Source of the DNA: Pseudomonadota bacterium
Lineage (GTDB): Bacteria; Myxococcota_A; Polyangia; JAAYKL01
NCBI GenBank assembly: GCA_023229365.1
Contig: JALNZK010000002.1
Span: 190,343-254,342, forward strand
DNA length: 64,000 nucleotides
Direction of reading: 5' to 3'
The stretch's first letter is position 1, and each line of letters starts with the position of its first letter. A program made the translations under genes and the position numbers. Shown piece after piece: positions 46,321 through 53,847 of the stretch. The notes under the pieces were generated by a model. The model was not told the DNA's origin and made no database searches. It saw nothing but the letters and a program-made list of their open reading frames with translations.

Positions 46321-46406
46321 CGGAAACGGAGGGAGTCGAACCCCCAAGGCTTTTTACACTCATCTGTTTTCAGAACAGGTTTCGTCACCAATCGATTTGC
46401 GTTTCC
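46321..46406 (-). tRNA. class II Ser-like tRNA, anticodon UGA with atypical loop (C at position 33)
   Basis: Variable arm gagtgtaaaaagccttggg is nearly identical to tRNA-Ser(GGA). Anticodon loop tcTGAaa. Confidence 0.4.
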
Positions 46407-46411
46407 GAAAG

Positions 46412-46485
46412 TAGCACCAGAAGGATTCGAACCTTCACTGAACAGTGTTTGAAACTGTTGCCGCTGCCAATTGGGCTATGGTGCC
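46412..46485 (-). tRNA. class I tRNA-like gene, anticodon CAA
   Basis: Anticodon arm acagt-ttCAAac-actgt. Same acceptor/D backbone as the gene at 45559..45634. Confidence 0.45.
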
Positions 46486-46490
46486 ATAAG

Positions 46491-46564
46491 TAGCATCGGT
46501 GGGATTCGAACCCACAACCTCTACATTTTGAGTGTAGCGACTCTGCCAGTTGGTCTACGATGCC
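46491..46564 (-). tRNA. class I tRNA-like gene, anticodon CAA
   Basis: Acceptor ggcatcg/cgatgct, anticodon arm ctaca-ctCAAaa-tgtag, T-loop GGTTCGAATCC. Confidence 0.45.
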
Positions 46565-46570
46565 AAAATA

Positions 46571-47266
46571 TCAAACAACCCCTAGTTGTGTCAGGATTGT
46601 CGCATGTTGCTCAGTCATGGTTGTCAGTTGTGTATTGAGGGATGCAAGTGATGCTTCCAAATCCGACTTCTCTGCCAGTATTACAGCATGCTGTTCTGTC
46701 AAGACTGCTAATTGTGCATTTAAAGATTCAAGAGATGCTTCCAAATCTGCTTTTTCTATCAACAGTTCTTCCGCTGGTGTTTCTCCACTTGCATCAATGC
46801 CCGCATTTACAACCACCAGTCTTTCAGTCTTTGTTAGTATGTCAGCATTTATCAGGTCAATAGATGCTCCACTTGCATCAACGCTCGCACTTACAACTGC
46901 CAGTCTTTCAGTATTTGTTTGTATGCCAGGATTTATCGCATTTATTGCGGCAACAAGTTGTCGCAATTGATATTCTAATGAAAACAGTAATGCCATGCCC
47001 CCAACAACTTGAGCAGCTAAAGGGTGAGTATAAACCAATTCCCAAATATTATCAAAAAATTCAACTTTGTCCTGATCTGCACCCGGATATAGTTGTTTTG
47101 TGGTGTAATTGTAGGGTCTAAAAACAATTGTCAATGGTTGTTTTGTAGCATCAACGTTTATCGTTTGCACGTTAAATGCCACAATATAAAGCTCGTTATA
47201 CACAGCCTCAACAGTGGCAGGAACTATTAGTGGGCTTGGATTAGGAATCAGAGGTAAATCAGCCAT
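46571..47266 (-). CDS. coiled-coil protein with internal ~66-bp tandem repeats
   Basis: Repeated ...TERLAVVSASVDASGASIDLINADIL... units and DLEASLESLNAQL heptads. Confidence 0.4.
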   Translation of the reverse strand: MADLPLIPNPSPLIVPATVEAVYNELYIVAFNVQTINVDATKQPLTIVFRPYNYTTKQLYPGADQDKVEFFDNIWELVYTHPLAAQVVGGMALLFSLEYQLRQLVAAINAINPGIQTNTERLAVVSASVDASGASIDLINADILTKTERLVVVNAGIDASGETPAEELLIEKADLEASLESLNAQLAVLTEQHAVILAEKSDLEASLASLNTQLTTMTEQHATILTQLGVV

Positions 47267-47280
47267 ATTTTTTCCTTTGT

Positions 47281-47502
47281 TTAATTCAAATGTACTGTAC
47301 CACGACCTTTGGTGGTTCTTACGATTTTTGTTATACCATCTTTTTCAACTTTTACAATACGAAGTGGATCACTTGGATACAAAGAGTCAAATGCGTCTAC
47401 ATAACCATCGCAATAAGCTCTTGTTTTATGCTCTATAAAAGATACTTTACGCCATCCAAGATCGCCACTGTTTCTCTCTACGTAATACATTTTTTTCTCC
47501 AA
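47281..47502 (-). CDS. hypothetical small protein
   Basis: 73 aa. Confidence 0.3.
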   Translation of the reverse strand: MEKKMYYVERNSGDLGWRKVSFIEHKTRAYCDGYVDAFDSLYPSDPLRIVKVEKDGITKIVRTTKGRGTVHLN

Positions 47503-47503
47503 G

Positions 47504-47578
47504 TGCCACGAGCGAGATTCGAACTCGCACTGTCTAGTATCTCGGACTAGCGACTCCTACCAATTGGTCTACCGTGGC
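47504..47578 (-). tRNA. class I tRNA-like gene, anticodon GAG (C at position 33)
   Basis: Acceptor gccacgg/tcgtggc, anticodon arm ctagt-ccGAGat-actag, T-loop GAGTTCGAATCTC. Confidence 0.35.
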
Positions 47579-47584
47579 GTACAT

Positions 47585-47740
47585 CACATATAATGATCTT
47601 GATCTTTTTCTCGCCAATATTCATCCTCTTTTTGCCGATACTCAGCATACTCTGCGTTTGTATAGTATTGATACGATCCACAGGCACACGGATTACAATT
47701 ACATATTCTGCATACTGCTGCATTATCTATATCATTCATT
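47585..47740 (-). CDS. small Cys-rich ORF between tRNA genes (below the 60-aa cutoff of the ORF track)
   Basis: Hand-translated as MNDIDNAAVCRICNCNPCACGSYQYYTNAEYAEYRQKEDEYW... Confidence 0.2.
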
Positions 47741-47762
47741 ATTATTTCTCGGGTGTGTAAAG

Positions 47763-47836
47763 TAGCGAGGAGGGGATTCGAACCCCTACTGGATAGTTCC
47801 TGAAACTATTGCCGCTGCCAATTGGGCTACCTCGCC
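47763..47836 (-). tRNA. class I tRNA-like gene, anticodon CAG
   Basis: Anticodon arm atagt-ttCAGga-actat. Rest identical to the gene at 45640..45713. Confidence 0.45.
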
Positions 47837-47842
47837 ATAAAG

Positions 47843-47920
47843 TGGCTGTGGCGGGTCTCGAAGCCGCAAAACATCACAAAGTTCTGGACTTTGCCGCTTT
47901 TCCGATTTGCGTACACAGCC
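47843..47920 (-). tRNA. atypical tRNA-like gene (degenerate T-arm; anticodon loop tcCAGaa)
   Basis: Acceptor ggctgtg/cacagcc pairs well, but T-loop is cttcgagac and position 33 is C. Possible pseudo-tRNA. Confidence 0.25.
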
Positions 47921-47925
47921 ATAAG

Positions 47926-48008
47926 TGCCCAAGGAGGGACTTGAACCCTCAAGAGATTTCTCTCGCCAGATTTTGAGTCTGGTGCGGTTGCCATTTCGCC
48001 ACCTGGGC
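47926..48008 (-). tRNA. tRNA-Leu (CAA), class II
   Basis: Acceptor gcccagg/cttgggc, anticodon loop ctCAAaa, long variable arm, T-loop GGTTCAAGTCC. Confidence 0.55.
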
Positions 48009-48013
48009 ATAAG

Positions 48014-48085
48014 TGGAGCAGGTGGGTATCGCACCCACGTCTACAGCTTTTCAGACTGTCACTAATCTACCTCAGTTACTGCTCC
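48014..48085 (-). tRNA. tRNA-Phe (GAA) candidate, atypical T-loop (tgcgata)
   Basis: Anticodon arm acagt-ctGAAaa-gctgt, 72 nt. Confidence 0.4.
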
Positions 48086-48090
48086 ATAAG

Positions 48091-48163
48091 TGGTAGGGGT
48101 CGGAGTCGAACCGACACTTCCACGTTTTCAGCGTGGCACTCAGACCAGCTAAGTTACCCTACC
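48091..48163 (-). tRNA. tRNA-Phe (GAA)
   Basis: Anticodon arm ccacg-ctGAAaa-cgtgg, T-arm gtcgg-ttcgact-ccgac. Confidence 0.5.
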
Positions 48164-48614
48164 TCATTCCATCATGTATTTCTCTATGACAATTACTACA
48201 AACAAGCACACATTTTTTTACTTCTTCGATAAGTTTGTCCCAACGTGCTAACATTCCTTTGCTGGAAAATCCAAAACTTTTTTCTTGTTTTTCATCCATG
48301 TTTTTGTGATGAAACTCAAGAGCCTTCATACAACGATTATACCCACATTCTGAACAAGCACCGCCACACATTTTGACTAATTCAATCTTTCTGTTCTTTC
48401 TGGCTTTTCTTTGCCATTTTTTATATTTTTCATTATCACGCTTTCTTTTTTCTTCAGTTGTTAGCGGGATATGTTGAATTTCTAGTTTTTTTGTGTTGCC
48501 ACAACCAAAAGGCGAACATTCAAGGCAATATTTGCGATTGTGCAGGTTTCTTATTTTTCCATCTATTTTAAGTTTTGATGGGAACTTTTTTTTACATAAT
48601 TTACATAATGGCAT
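48159..48614 (-). CDS. HNH endonuclease with zinc-ribbon N-terminus
   Basis: EFHHKN...CVLVCSNCHREIHDG (HNH). CKLCKKKF...YCLECSPFGC. Confidence 0.55.
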   Translation of the reverse strand: MPLCKLCKKKFPSKLKIDGKIRNLHNRKYCLECSPFGCGNTKKLEIQHIPLTTEEKRKRDNEKYKKWQRKARKNRKIELVKMCGGACSECGYNRCMKALEFHHKNMDEKQEKSFGFSSKGMLARWDKLIEEVKKCVLVCSNCHREIHDGMR

Positions 48615-48688
48615 AGTTTTTCTCCTATGCTATTATGTAGTAAAGTAGTATCAAAAAATCCAACTTTTTTAGGCTACTTTTTCCTCAG

Positions 48689-48781
48689 TGGGAAGTGACG
48701 GAATCGAACCGCTCAAAGTCATACCACCCCAAATTCTTTAACGACTAACAGATTTACAGTCTGCCTTGGGGAACACCTCCC
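48689..48781 (-). tRNA. 93-nt tRNA-like element with canonical acceptor and T-arm but no clean D/anticodon arms
   Basis: Acceptor gggaggt/acttccc, T-loop GGTTCGATTCC. Internal ccccaa...ttgggg long-range helix. Confidence 0.25.
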
Positions 48782-48944
48782 ATTTTGGTTCTCAGTGTGT
48801 TATTACACCAAAGGCAAGAGCGACAATACACACTCTTTGCGACACCCAGTATTGTTCTTTCCAGGTGATTGCTTTTCGCCACGCAGCTAACGCTACCACT
48901 CTTTAAATGCTGGACACTCCTAATCCCACATCCTGAGAACCAAG

Positions 48945-49026
48945 TGTGCCGAGCCGGAATTGAACCGACAAGTCCCGAAGGAGTCTCGTTTACAGCGAGG
49001 TGGGCCTGCCAATGCCCAATCGACAC
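48945..49026 (-). tRNA. tRNA-Tyr (GUA), class II
   Basis: Acceptor gtgtcga/tcggcac, D-stem gggc/gccc, anticodon loop ctGTAaa, variable arm with tcc-ttcg-gga hairpin, T-loop GGTTCAATTCC. Confidence 0.5.
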
Positions 49027-49028
49027 AT

Positions 49029-49391
49029 TTATTTTTCTTTCAAGTAACCTTTTTCCTGTGCGTGTTTGTCACATAGGGTTTTAACCCAACCATTTTTGTT
49101 CGTGTGCCTACATCCTTGTTCACCACAAACTTCGCAAATATGATATGAATCTCTTTCTGCCTGTTCAATTAAATTTAGAACAGAATGAACATCCCCGCCA
49201 CCAGTGTCAATTGAGTAGTAGAACCTAAGTCCTCCAAATTTTTCTTTTATTTGCAGAACTTTTAAATCCACCTTATTGGCACGAATCGCCGTAAACAATC
49301 GATCTACAAGATCATTCCAACCTTCCGCTATGGCAATTTCCACATAGCCTGTTGCTGGGAAAAACTCAGGATATTTTTCCTTGAAATTCAT
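49029..49391 (-). CDS. hypothetical protein with C-terminal Cys/His cluster
   Basis: 120 aa, ...YHICEVCGEQGCRHTNKNGWVKTLCDKHAQE. Confidence 0.35.
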   Translation of the reverse strand: MNFKEKYPEFFPATGYVEIAIAEGWNDLVDRLFTAIRANKVDLKVLQIKEKFGGLRFYYSIDTGGGDVHSVLNLIEQAERDSYHICEVCGEQGCRHTNKNGWVKTLCDKHAQEKGYLKEK

Positions 49392-49702
49392 TTCTTTTTA
49401 CCAAAAATTTTCTTGTGGGCTTGCATGTATTTGTTTGTTCTCTCTGCCCAATCTTTTATGATTGCTTCAATTTTATTTTGTGAAACCCTTGTTCCAATCA
49501 ACGCATCCGTTCCCTTGTATTGGCCAGCATAACGATGGTGTTTCGTAAGCATATTTGCTAGTTCATCTGCCAAAAGTGTAGCATCATCCAAATCCTCTCT
49601 ACAACCAGCCGCCTCTATTTTACCATTAGTATGAACCGCATAAGCATAATAAAGTGGCGGGCATTGTTTATCAACATACACTTGTGGGTTCCAACGGGGC
49701 AT
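49388..49702 (-). CDS. hypothetical protein
   Basis: 104 aa, coupled. Confidence 0.3.
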   Translation of the reverse strand: MPRWNPQVYVDKQCPPLYYAYAVHTNGKIEAAGCREDLDDATLLADELANMLTKHHRYAGQYKGTDALIGTRVSQNKIEAIIKDWAERTNKYMQAHKKIFGKKK

Positions 49703-49705
49703 TTT

Positions 49706-50023
49706 CTATTCCTGTATTTGCTTGATAACCATGAAATGTTGTTTTTTGCCGATTCGAATTATTCCCCATCCTGGCCAAATGAATTTAACCAGCGATTCAG
49801 GATCGGTTACTTTTTCGCCATTCCAAGACAAAGAACCTTCTTTAACTTTGCGTCTAACTTCACTGATGCTTGGTAAGGCACCGCCATCAACACAAATCTG
49901 TGCTATTTTTCCATCCTGCACTGTTTTAGGACGCATCCACCACCACATGCTGGCAAATGTTTCTTGACAAACAGCCTTGGGCTTGTTTAGTATTTCCCAT
50001 AATTCATCAAATGTCAACATCAT
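49706..50023 (-). CDS. hypothetical protein (start trimmed to internal MM to clear the tRNA)
   Basis: The ORF-track N-terminal 33 codons are the reverse complement of tRNA-Ser(GCU). Confidence 0.3.
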   Translation of the reverse strand: MMLTFDELWEILNKPKAVCQETFASMWWWMRPKTVQDGKIAQICVDGGALPSISEVRRKVKEGSLSWNGEKVTDPESLVKFIWPGWGIIRIGKKQHFMVIKQIQE

Positions 50024-50037
50024 AATTTCTCCAAAAG

Positions 50038-50126
50038 CGGAAGTGACTAGAATCGAACTAGCACTGGCTTTGACACCAGAACGGTTTAGCAAACCGCCGC
50101 AACAAACCAATATTTGCCTCACTTCC
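50038..50126 (-). tRNA. tRNA-Ser (GCU), class II
   Basis: Acceptor ggaagtg/cacttcc, D-stem gcaa/ttgc, anticodon arm gcggt-ttGCTaa-accgt, long variable arm, T-loop AGTTCGATTCT. Confidence 0.5.
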
Positions 50127-50161
50127 GAAGGCGTTTTTCAATTGTCAAAGAACTCTCACAG

Positions 50162-50245
50162 TGGTCTCGGCGGGAGTCGAACCCGCACGGGCATTACACC
50201 CAGGAGATTTTAAGTCTCCATTGTCTACCATTCCAACACGAGACC
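50162..50245 (-). tRNA. tRNA-Leu (UAA), class II
   Basis: Acceptor ggtctcg/cgagacc, anticodon loop ctTAAaa, long variable arm, T-loop GGTTCGACTCC. Confidence 0.5.
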
Positions 50246-50271
50246 GTTCATAATATTCCTGCGGCCAAACA

Positions 50272-50742
50272 TTATCCATTTTTTATTTTTGCCCAGTTTA
50301 CAAACTGTTCAAAGACCCATTGCATGGTGCCTTTGCTCACAAGTTCTGTTTGTTTACCCTCATCAGTTTGCCTAAATTCCTCCACATCTTTTTCCAACCT
50401 TTCAAGATAATCTTTTTTCATTCCTTCCAACATCATTGGCAGCACAATTTCATCCATCATCAAGCCACCAGGGCTTTCATCCCATTCGACTTTATCCATT
50501 GGAACGCCGATTTTTTCCAAAAAGGCTTCCATATCAAAGTTATCCATCCATGTTTCGCCGCCAATCATTTCATCATTACTGCGAATCGTCCAGGCATCTT
50601 CCTCAGCCCAAGACATACCCATTTCTTTTCCAATAATTGCGTGGTCTGCAATCTTGCCTATTTGATCTTCGGACAAATATTTTTTTAGGATAGCGAAGCT
50701 TGAGCTTGAGCTATTGGACACAAATGTAGTTCTTATTTTCAT
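50272..50742 (-). CDS. MKxRxGFVSNSS-leader family protein, member 6
   Basis: N-terminus MKIRTTFVSNSSSSSFAIL. Acidic C-terminal part. Confidence 0.5.
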   Translation of the reverse strand: MKIRTTFVSNSSSSSFAILKKYLSEDQIGKIADHAIIGKEMGMSWAEEDAWTIRSNDEMIGGETWMDNFDMEAFLEKIGVPMDKVEWDESPGGLMMDEIVLPMMLEGMKKDYLERLEKDVEEFRQTDEGKQTELVSKGTMQWVFEQFVNWAKIKNG

Positions 50743-50781
50743 ATTTCACCTCATGCACACATTATATCATATTTCAGGCAA

Positions 50782-50823
50782 TAAAAAAAGCCCGCTGACG
50801 GTTGACCGCCAGCGGGCTTTTTG
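50782..50823. terminator. bidirectional Rho-independent terminator hairpin
   Basis: aaaaaaa-gcccgctg-acggttgaccgc-cagcgggc-ttttt. 9-bp GC stem flanked by A7 and T5. Confidence 0.6.
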
Positions 50824-51060
50824 AAATGATCCTAGATCAGCCCAGGGCGGTCCATACGCTCGTAAATAAATACGAGAGTGACAAGAGACTGCTCAGACTG
50901 GAATAGGACTTTTTCATTTGTTCTCAACCTTATATACGCTTCTCGCAACAATTCTGTTCAACATCCCTATTATACTTCAGTTTTTTTGAATTGTAAAGAG
51001 GGAAAACAGAAAAATTTCACCCGCCCCCATTTATAGGGGGCAGATGAAATCAGATCGGTA

Positions 51061-51642
51061 TTATTTACCGCAACCGCACCCGCCATCGCAATTGGCTTTA
51101 CGGTATGGAGGCAAAACAGCCTTTACGGCCTTGCCTGCGACTTTTACAGATTTACGCACTGGTTGAGCCGCAACAACGGCTTTCACCGGACCAGCAACGG
51201 CTGCACAAGCTGCCGGGGCACAAGCCTTGACAGGGGCACAAGCTGCTGGAGTATTTTCGCAACAACGTCTTCCCAAAAGCGGTCGCTCCACTCTTACTCG
51301 AACGACTCGGACTTTTTGGGTGGCAACAGGAGCACACGCTGCTACTGGGGCACACGCTGCTGGAGCACACGCCTTTGGTGTACAAGTCTTCGGGGTACGT
51401 ACTTTTTTCACCCGAACAACTTCCTTCACTACCACTCTCTGACAAACCGCTGGGGCACACGCCTTGACGGCTTCACAAGCCTTAGGGGTAACCACCACCG
51501 GAGCGACTGGCGTACAAGCTGCTGGGGCACATGCCTTGACAGGCTCACAAGCCCCGCCAGTCCTGACTCTTGATGCCTGTGCAACCGAGCACATAGCAAC
51601 CAAAGCCACAACACAAACTAAAGCGATAAAACGCTTCATCAC
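51061..51642 (-). CDS. secreted GC-rich low-complexity protein with (CAPAAC/ACAPV)n repeats
   Basis: Signal peptide MMKRFIALVCVVALVAMCSVAQA. Cys/Ala/Pro/Val repeats. The local GC is well above the window average. The overlapping ORFs on other frames are artefacts of the repeat. Confidence 0.4.
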   Translation of the reverse strand: MMKRFIALVCVVALVAMCSVAQASRVRTGGACEPVKACAPAACTPVAPVVVTPKACEAVKACAPAVCQRVVVKEVVRVKKVRTPKTCTPKACAPAACAPVAACAPVATQKVRVVRVRVERPLLGRRCCENTPAACAPVKACAPAACAAVAGPVKAVVAAQPVRKSVKVAGKAVKAVLPPYRKANCDGGCGCGK

Positions 51643-51679
51643 ACACCTCCTTGGTTAAAGGGTTTCTCAAACAGAAAAT

Positions 51680-51982
51680 CTATTCTAACATACTCTTCTT
51701 CTTTTGTCTACCCCGCTTTTCAGATTTTTGACCGACTTTTTGGAATCTTGCGGCATAATCTCTTAGCCCAATTTCCTTAAAAACTGTCAATTTCCACCTT
51801 TGTTTACATTCGGGGCACCTACGACGCAACACACAAGCTATCTTATCGAGAGGAATTTGTTTCAATCCCGCTCCACAGCCACAATAAAGTGTGAGACCTT
51901 TTCCCTCTTTGAAGGCTTCGGCCAACGTTTCGTTTTGATGTGTGAATGCGTGTTGTAACATAATATATGCTTCCTGAATCAA
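51680..51982 (-). CDS. small zinc-ribbon protein
   Basis: CGCGAG...CPECKQRW. Confidence 0.3.
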   Translation of the reverse strand: MIQEAYIMLQHAFTHQNETLAEAFKEGKGLTLYCGCGAGLKQIPLDKIACVLRRRCPECKQRWKLTVFKEIGLRDYAARFQKVGQKSEKRGRQKKKSMLE

Positions 51983-51985
51983 TTT

Positions 51986-52732
51986 TTAGCGAACGTATGG
52001 CGGGTCTTCTGCCACTATCTGAGACTGCGGTTTAGTCTTTTTTTCCGGCTTTGGCGGCACTTGCAGATTTATTTCAATGCCGTGGAAAATCCAATCGGAA
52101 ATCCAGTTGTAGAAACCAGCAGTCCAACGTTGCAACCTTGCATAGAAGCCCATAATGAAGCCACTGCAAAGCCACCAGAACATGCTGGGAATCCACCAGA
52201 ACATATCACGGGTAATATCGACTTTGAAATCCCGTGCTCGCAATTTAATGCGTGGAGTATATGTGCGGTCGGATCGATCACCATAGGTGCCATCACAATC
52301 ACACCATCGATATTTACCACGCATATCGGAGCGATTGCATAAGTATTCCAACCAGTCCCTCATTTTTTCAGGTGGTGGAACCTTCAAATTCGTGTCAAGA
52401 TGATTCATTTCTAGCCAATTGGCCAACAAATCTTGATATGCATGTTTGCGACTAAAACAACGGATGATCCAGTGAATCGTTGCCCATACTACACCGCAAG
52501 CAACAAATTCAAGCACATGCCAGAGCACGTTGTAGGGATGCTCTATGGACCAAGACACCACATCCTTGCCGTTTCCGAAAAAATAAACCAAGGCACAGAA
52601 ACCGGCCAACAGAATGGTGGCTACAAAGCCTTTTTCCCAATCGACTGCCCACACAATAAAACCAAACACGACGGCAGTCAAAATCCAAAAGATTGGATTA
52701 GTGACTATCAATAAAGTCCACACAGCTTCCAT
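51986..52732 (-). CDS. polytopic membrane protein
   Basis: 248 aa with several hydrophobic helices. Confidence 0.35.
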   Translation of the reverse strand: MEAVWTLLIVTNPIFWILTAVVFGFIVWAVDWEKGFVATILLAGFCALVYFFGNGKDVVSWSIEHPYNVLWHVLEFVACGVVWATIHWIIRCFSRKHAYQDLLANWLEMNHLDTNLKVPPPEKMRDWLEYLCNRSDMRGKYRWCDCDGTYGDRSDRTYTPRIKLRARDFKVDITRDMFWWIPSMFWWLCSGFIMGFYARLQRWTAGFYNWISDWIFHGIEINLQVPPKPEKKTKPQSQIVAEDPPYVR

Positions 52733-52888
52733 TTTCTTACCCTTTCATATTAGACTTCAAGAACCACACAGGTTTCCAACTCAGTATCGACTTCGAGGGT
52801 GCAACATTCACCCCATTGAAACCATCTTTTAAGAAGCTCCATTATTTTTTCTTCCTGATCTTCTGGCAATTCCACATGAGCGAGAGCA

Positions 52889-53443
52889 TCAGGGGTTTTC
52901 ATGTGAATTCTTAGCTTCATTTTTTCTTTCCTTTTCTTTGGCGGCTGCTACTGAAGCATATGCAAATGCTTGATGTACTTCCGCATCCATTGTATTCTCT
53001 GGTAGTGCTTCCATTTCGGCATCCCAAGCACCATCAATTTTCATATCTCTTTCCACTGGTTTTTGTGGCTTTTGATTTCTCTTTTTACAACACCACTTCA
53101 CAATTCCCCATTTTTCATTTTTTATTTTGTAAATGGCGGCAAGATCATCAAACATCAATGGTTCGGAATCTGCACAAGCCCAGGCAAATACATCACTGCA
53201 ATTTATGTGTATATTAACTAATCCTTCTTTGTTGCCAAACACCAAAAACTGATCTGTGTCCAGAAGCTCCTTTAATGCCACTACTTCATCGCAACACTCT
53301 TCTCCACCCACATCAAAAATCGCACTTTCCTCTTTTTCTGACGGATGTTGCGACTCCCAATCATCAAGCATATCCGAGATATTGTGAACAGATTCTCCCG
53401 CCGATGTAAGTAGTTCCCGCCATTCTTGCGGTGTGCGGCTCAT
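52889..53443 (-). CDS. hypothetical acidic protein
   Basis: 184 aa. Confidence 0.3.
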   Translation of the reverse strand: MSRTPQEWRELLTSAGESVHNISDMLDDWESQHPSEKEESAIFDVGGEECCDEVVALKELLDTDQFLVFGNKEGLVNIHINCSDVFAWACADSEPLMFDDLAAIYKIKNEKWGIVKWCCKKRNQKPQKPVERDMKIDGAWDAEMEALPENTMDAEVHQAFAYASVAAAKEKERKNEAKNSHENP

Positions 53444-53847
53444 TTAATCGTGCCTTTTGAAAACAAAGCAGCTTCTTCGTCCATTTCTTGAAGTGCTTGC
53501 ATCAAACCAAAACATTGAAATTGGTCTTCATAAGCTACATCGGCAGAGACAACTCCTCCACCACTTTCCTGCATATATGAAATAATTTCTTTTTTGTCGT
53601 CTTCACTTAATTTAGGTGAAATCACCCCATCTACGGTCAAATCCAATACAAATGAAGCTGCCGAGAAAATTCTACTTGTCATAAGATGTGAATCTTTCTC
53701 GAAGTCCACTGTTTTCACATCAAAAAATCCGCATCTTCTATCCAGAGTTTCTGGAGAAATATTTTTTTTGGTTCTGGCATCACGCACCGCATCCACCAGA
53801 TTTTTTTGCATTTGTTCCCAGCTACCGTAATATTTTAACATTTTCAT
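53440..53847 (-). CDS. hypothetical protein
   Basis: 135 aa, coupled. Confidence 0.3.
   Translation of the reverse strand: MKMLKYYGSWEQMQKNLVDAVRDARTKKNISPETLDRRCGFFDVKTVDFEKDSHLMTSRIFSAASFVLDLTVDGVISPKLSEDDKKEIISYMQESGGGVVSADVAYEDQFQCFGLMQALQEMDEEAALFSKGTIK

Noticed and set aside
45559-47836. Reading the class I tRNA-like genes on the plus strand, which would give anticodons UUA/CUA/UUG/CUG, i.e. ochre/amber suppressors and tRNA-Gln, hinting at stop-codon recoding
   Set aside because: Only the minus strand yields a canonical T-loop (GGTTCGAATCC) and a GG-containing D-loop. The plus-strand fold puts the TTCGAA loop in the D-arm position and has no T-arm. Long intact standard-code ORFs across the window also argue against recoding.
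48689-48781. tRNA-Sec or intron-containing tRNA for the 93-nt tRNA-like element
   Set aside because: No UCA anticodon in a plausible loop and no clean D/anticodon arms. Kept only as an atypical tRNA-like element.
47574-49026. ORF-track entries 47574..47765(+), 47786..48034(-), 48754..49026(-) and 48869..49084(+)
   Set aside because: They are composed largely of tRNA gene sequence or its reverse complement and are spurious.
51152-51658. Multiple long ORFs on both strands overlapping 51061..51642
   Set aside because: They are frame artefacts of the GC-rich low-complexity repeat. Only the signal-peptide-bearing frame is plausible.
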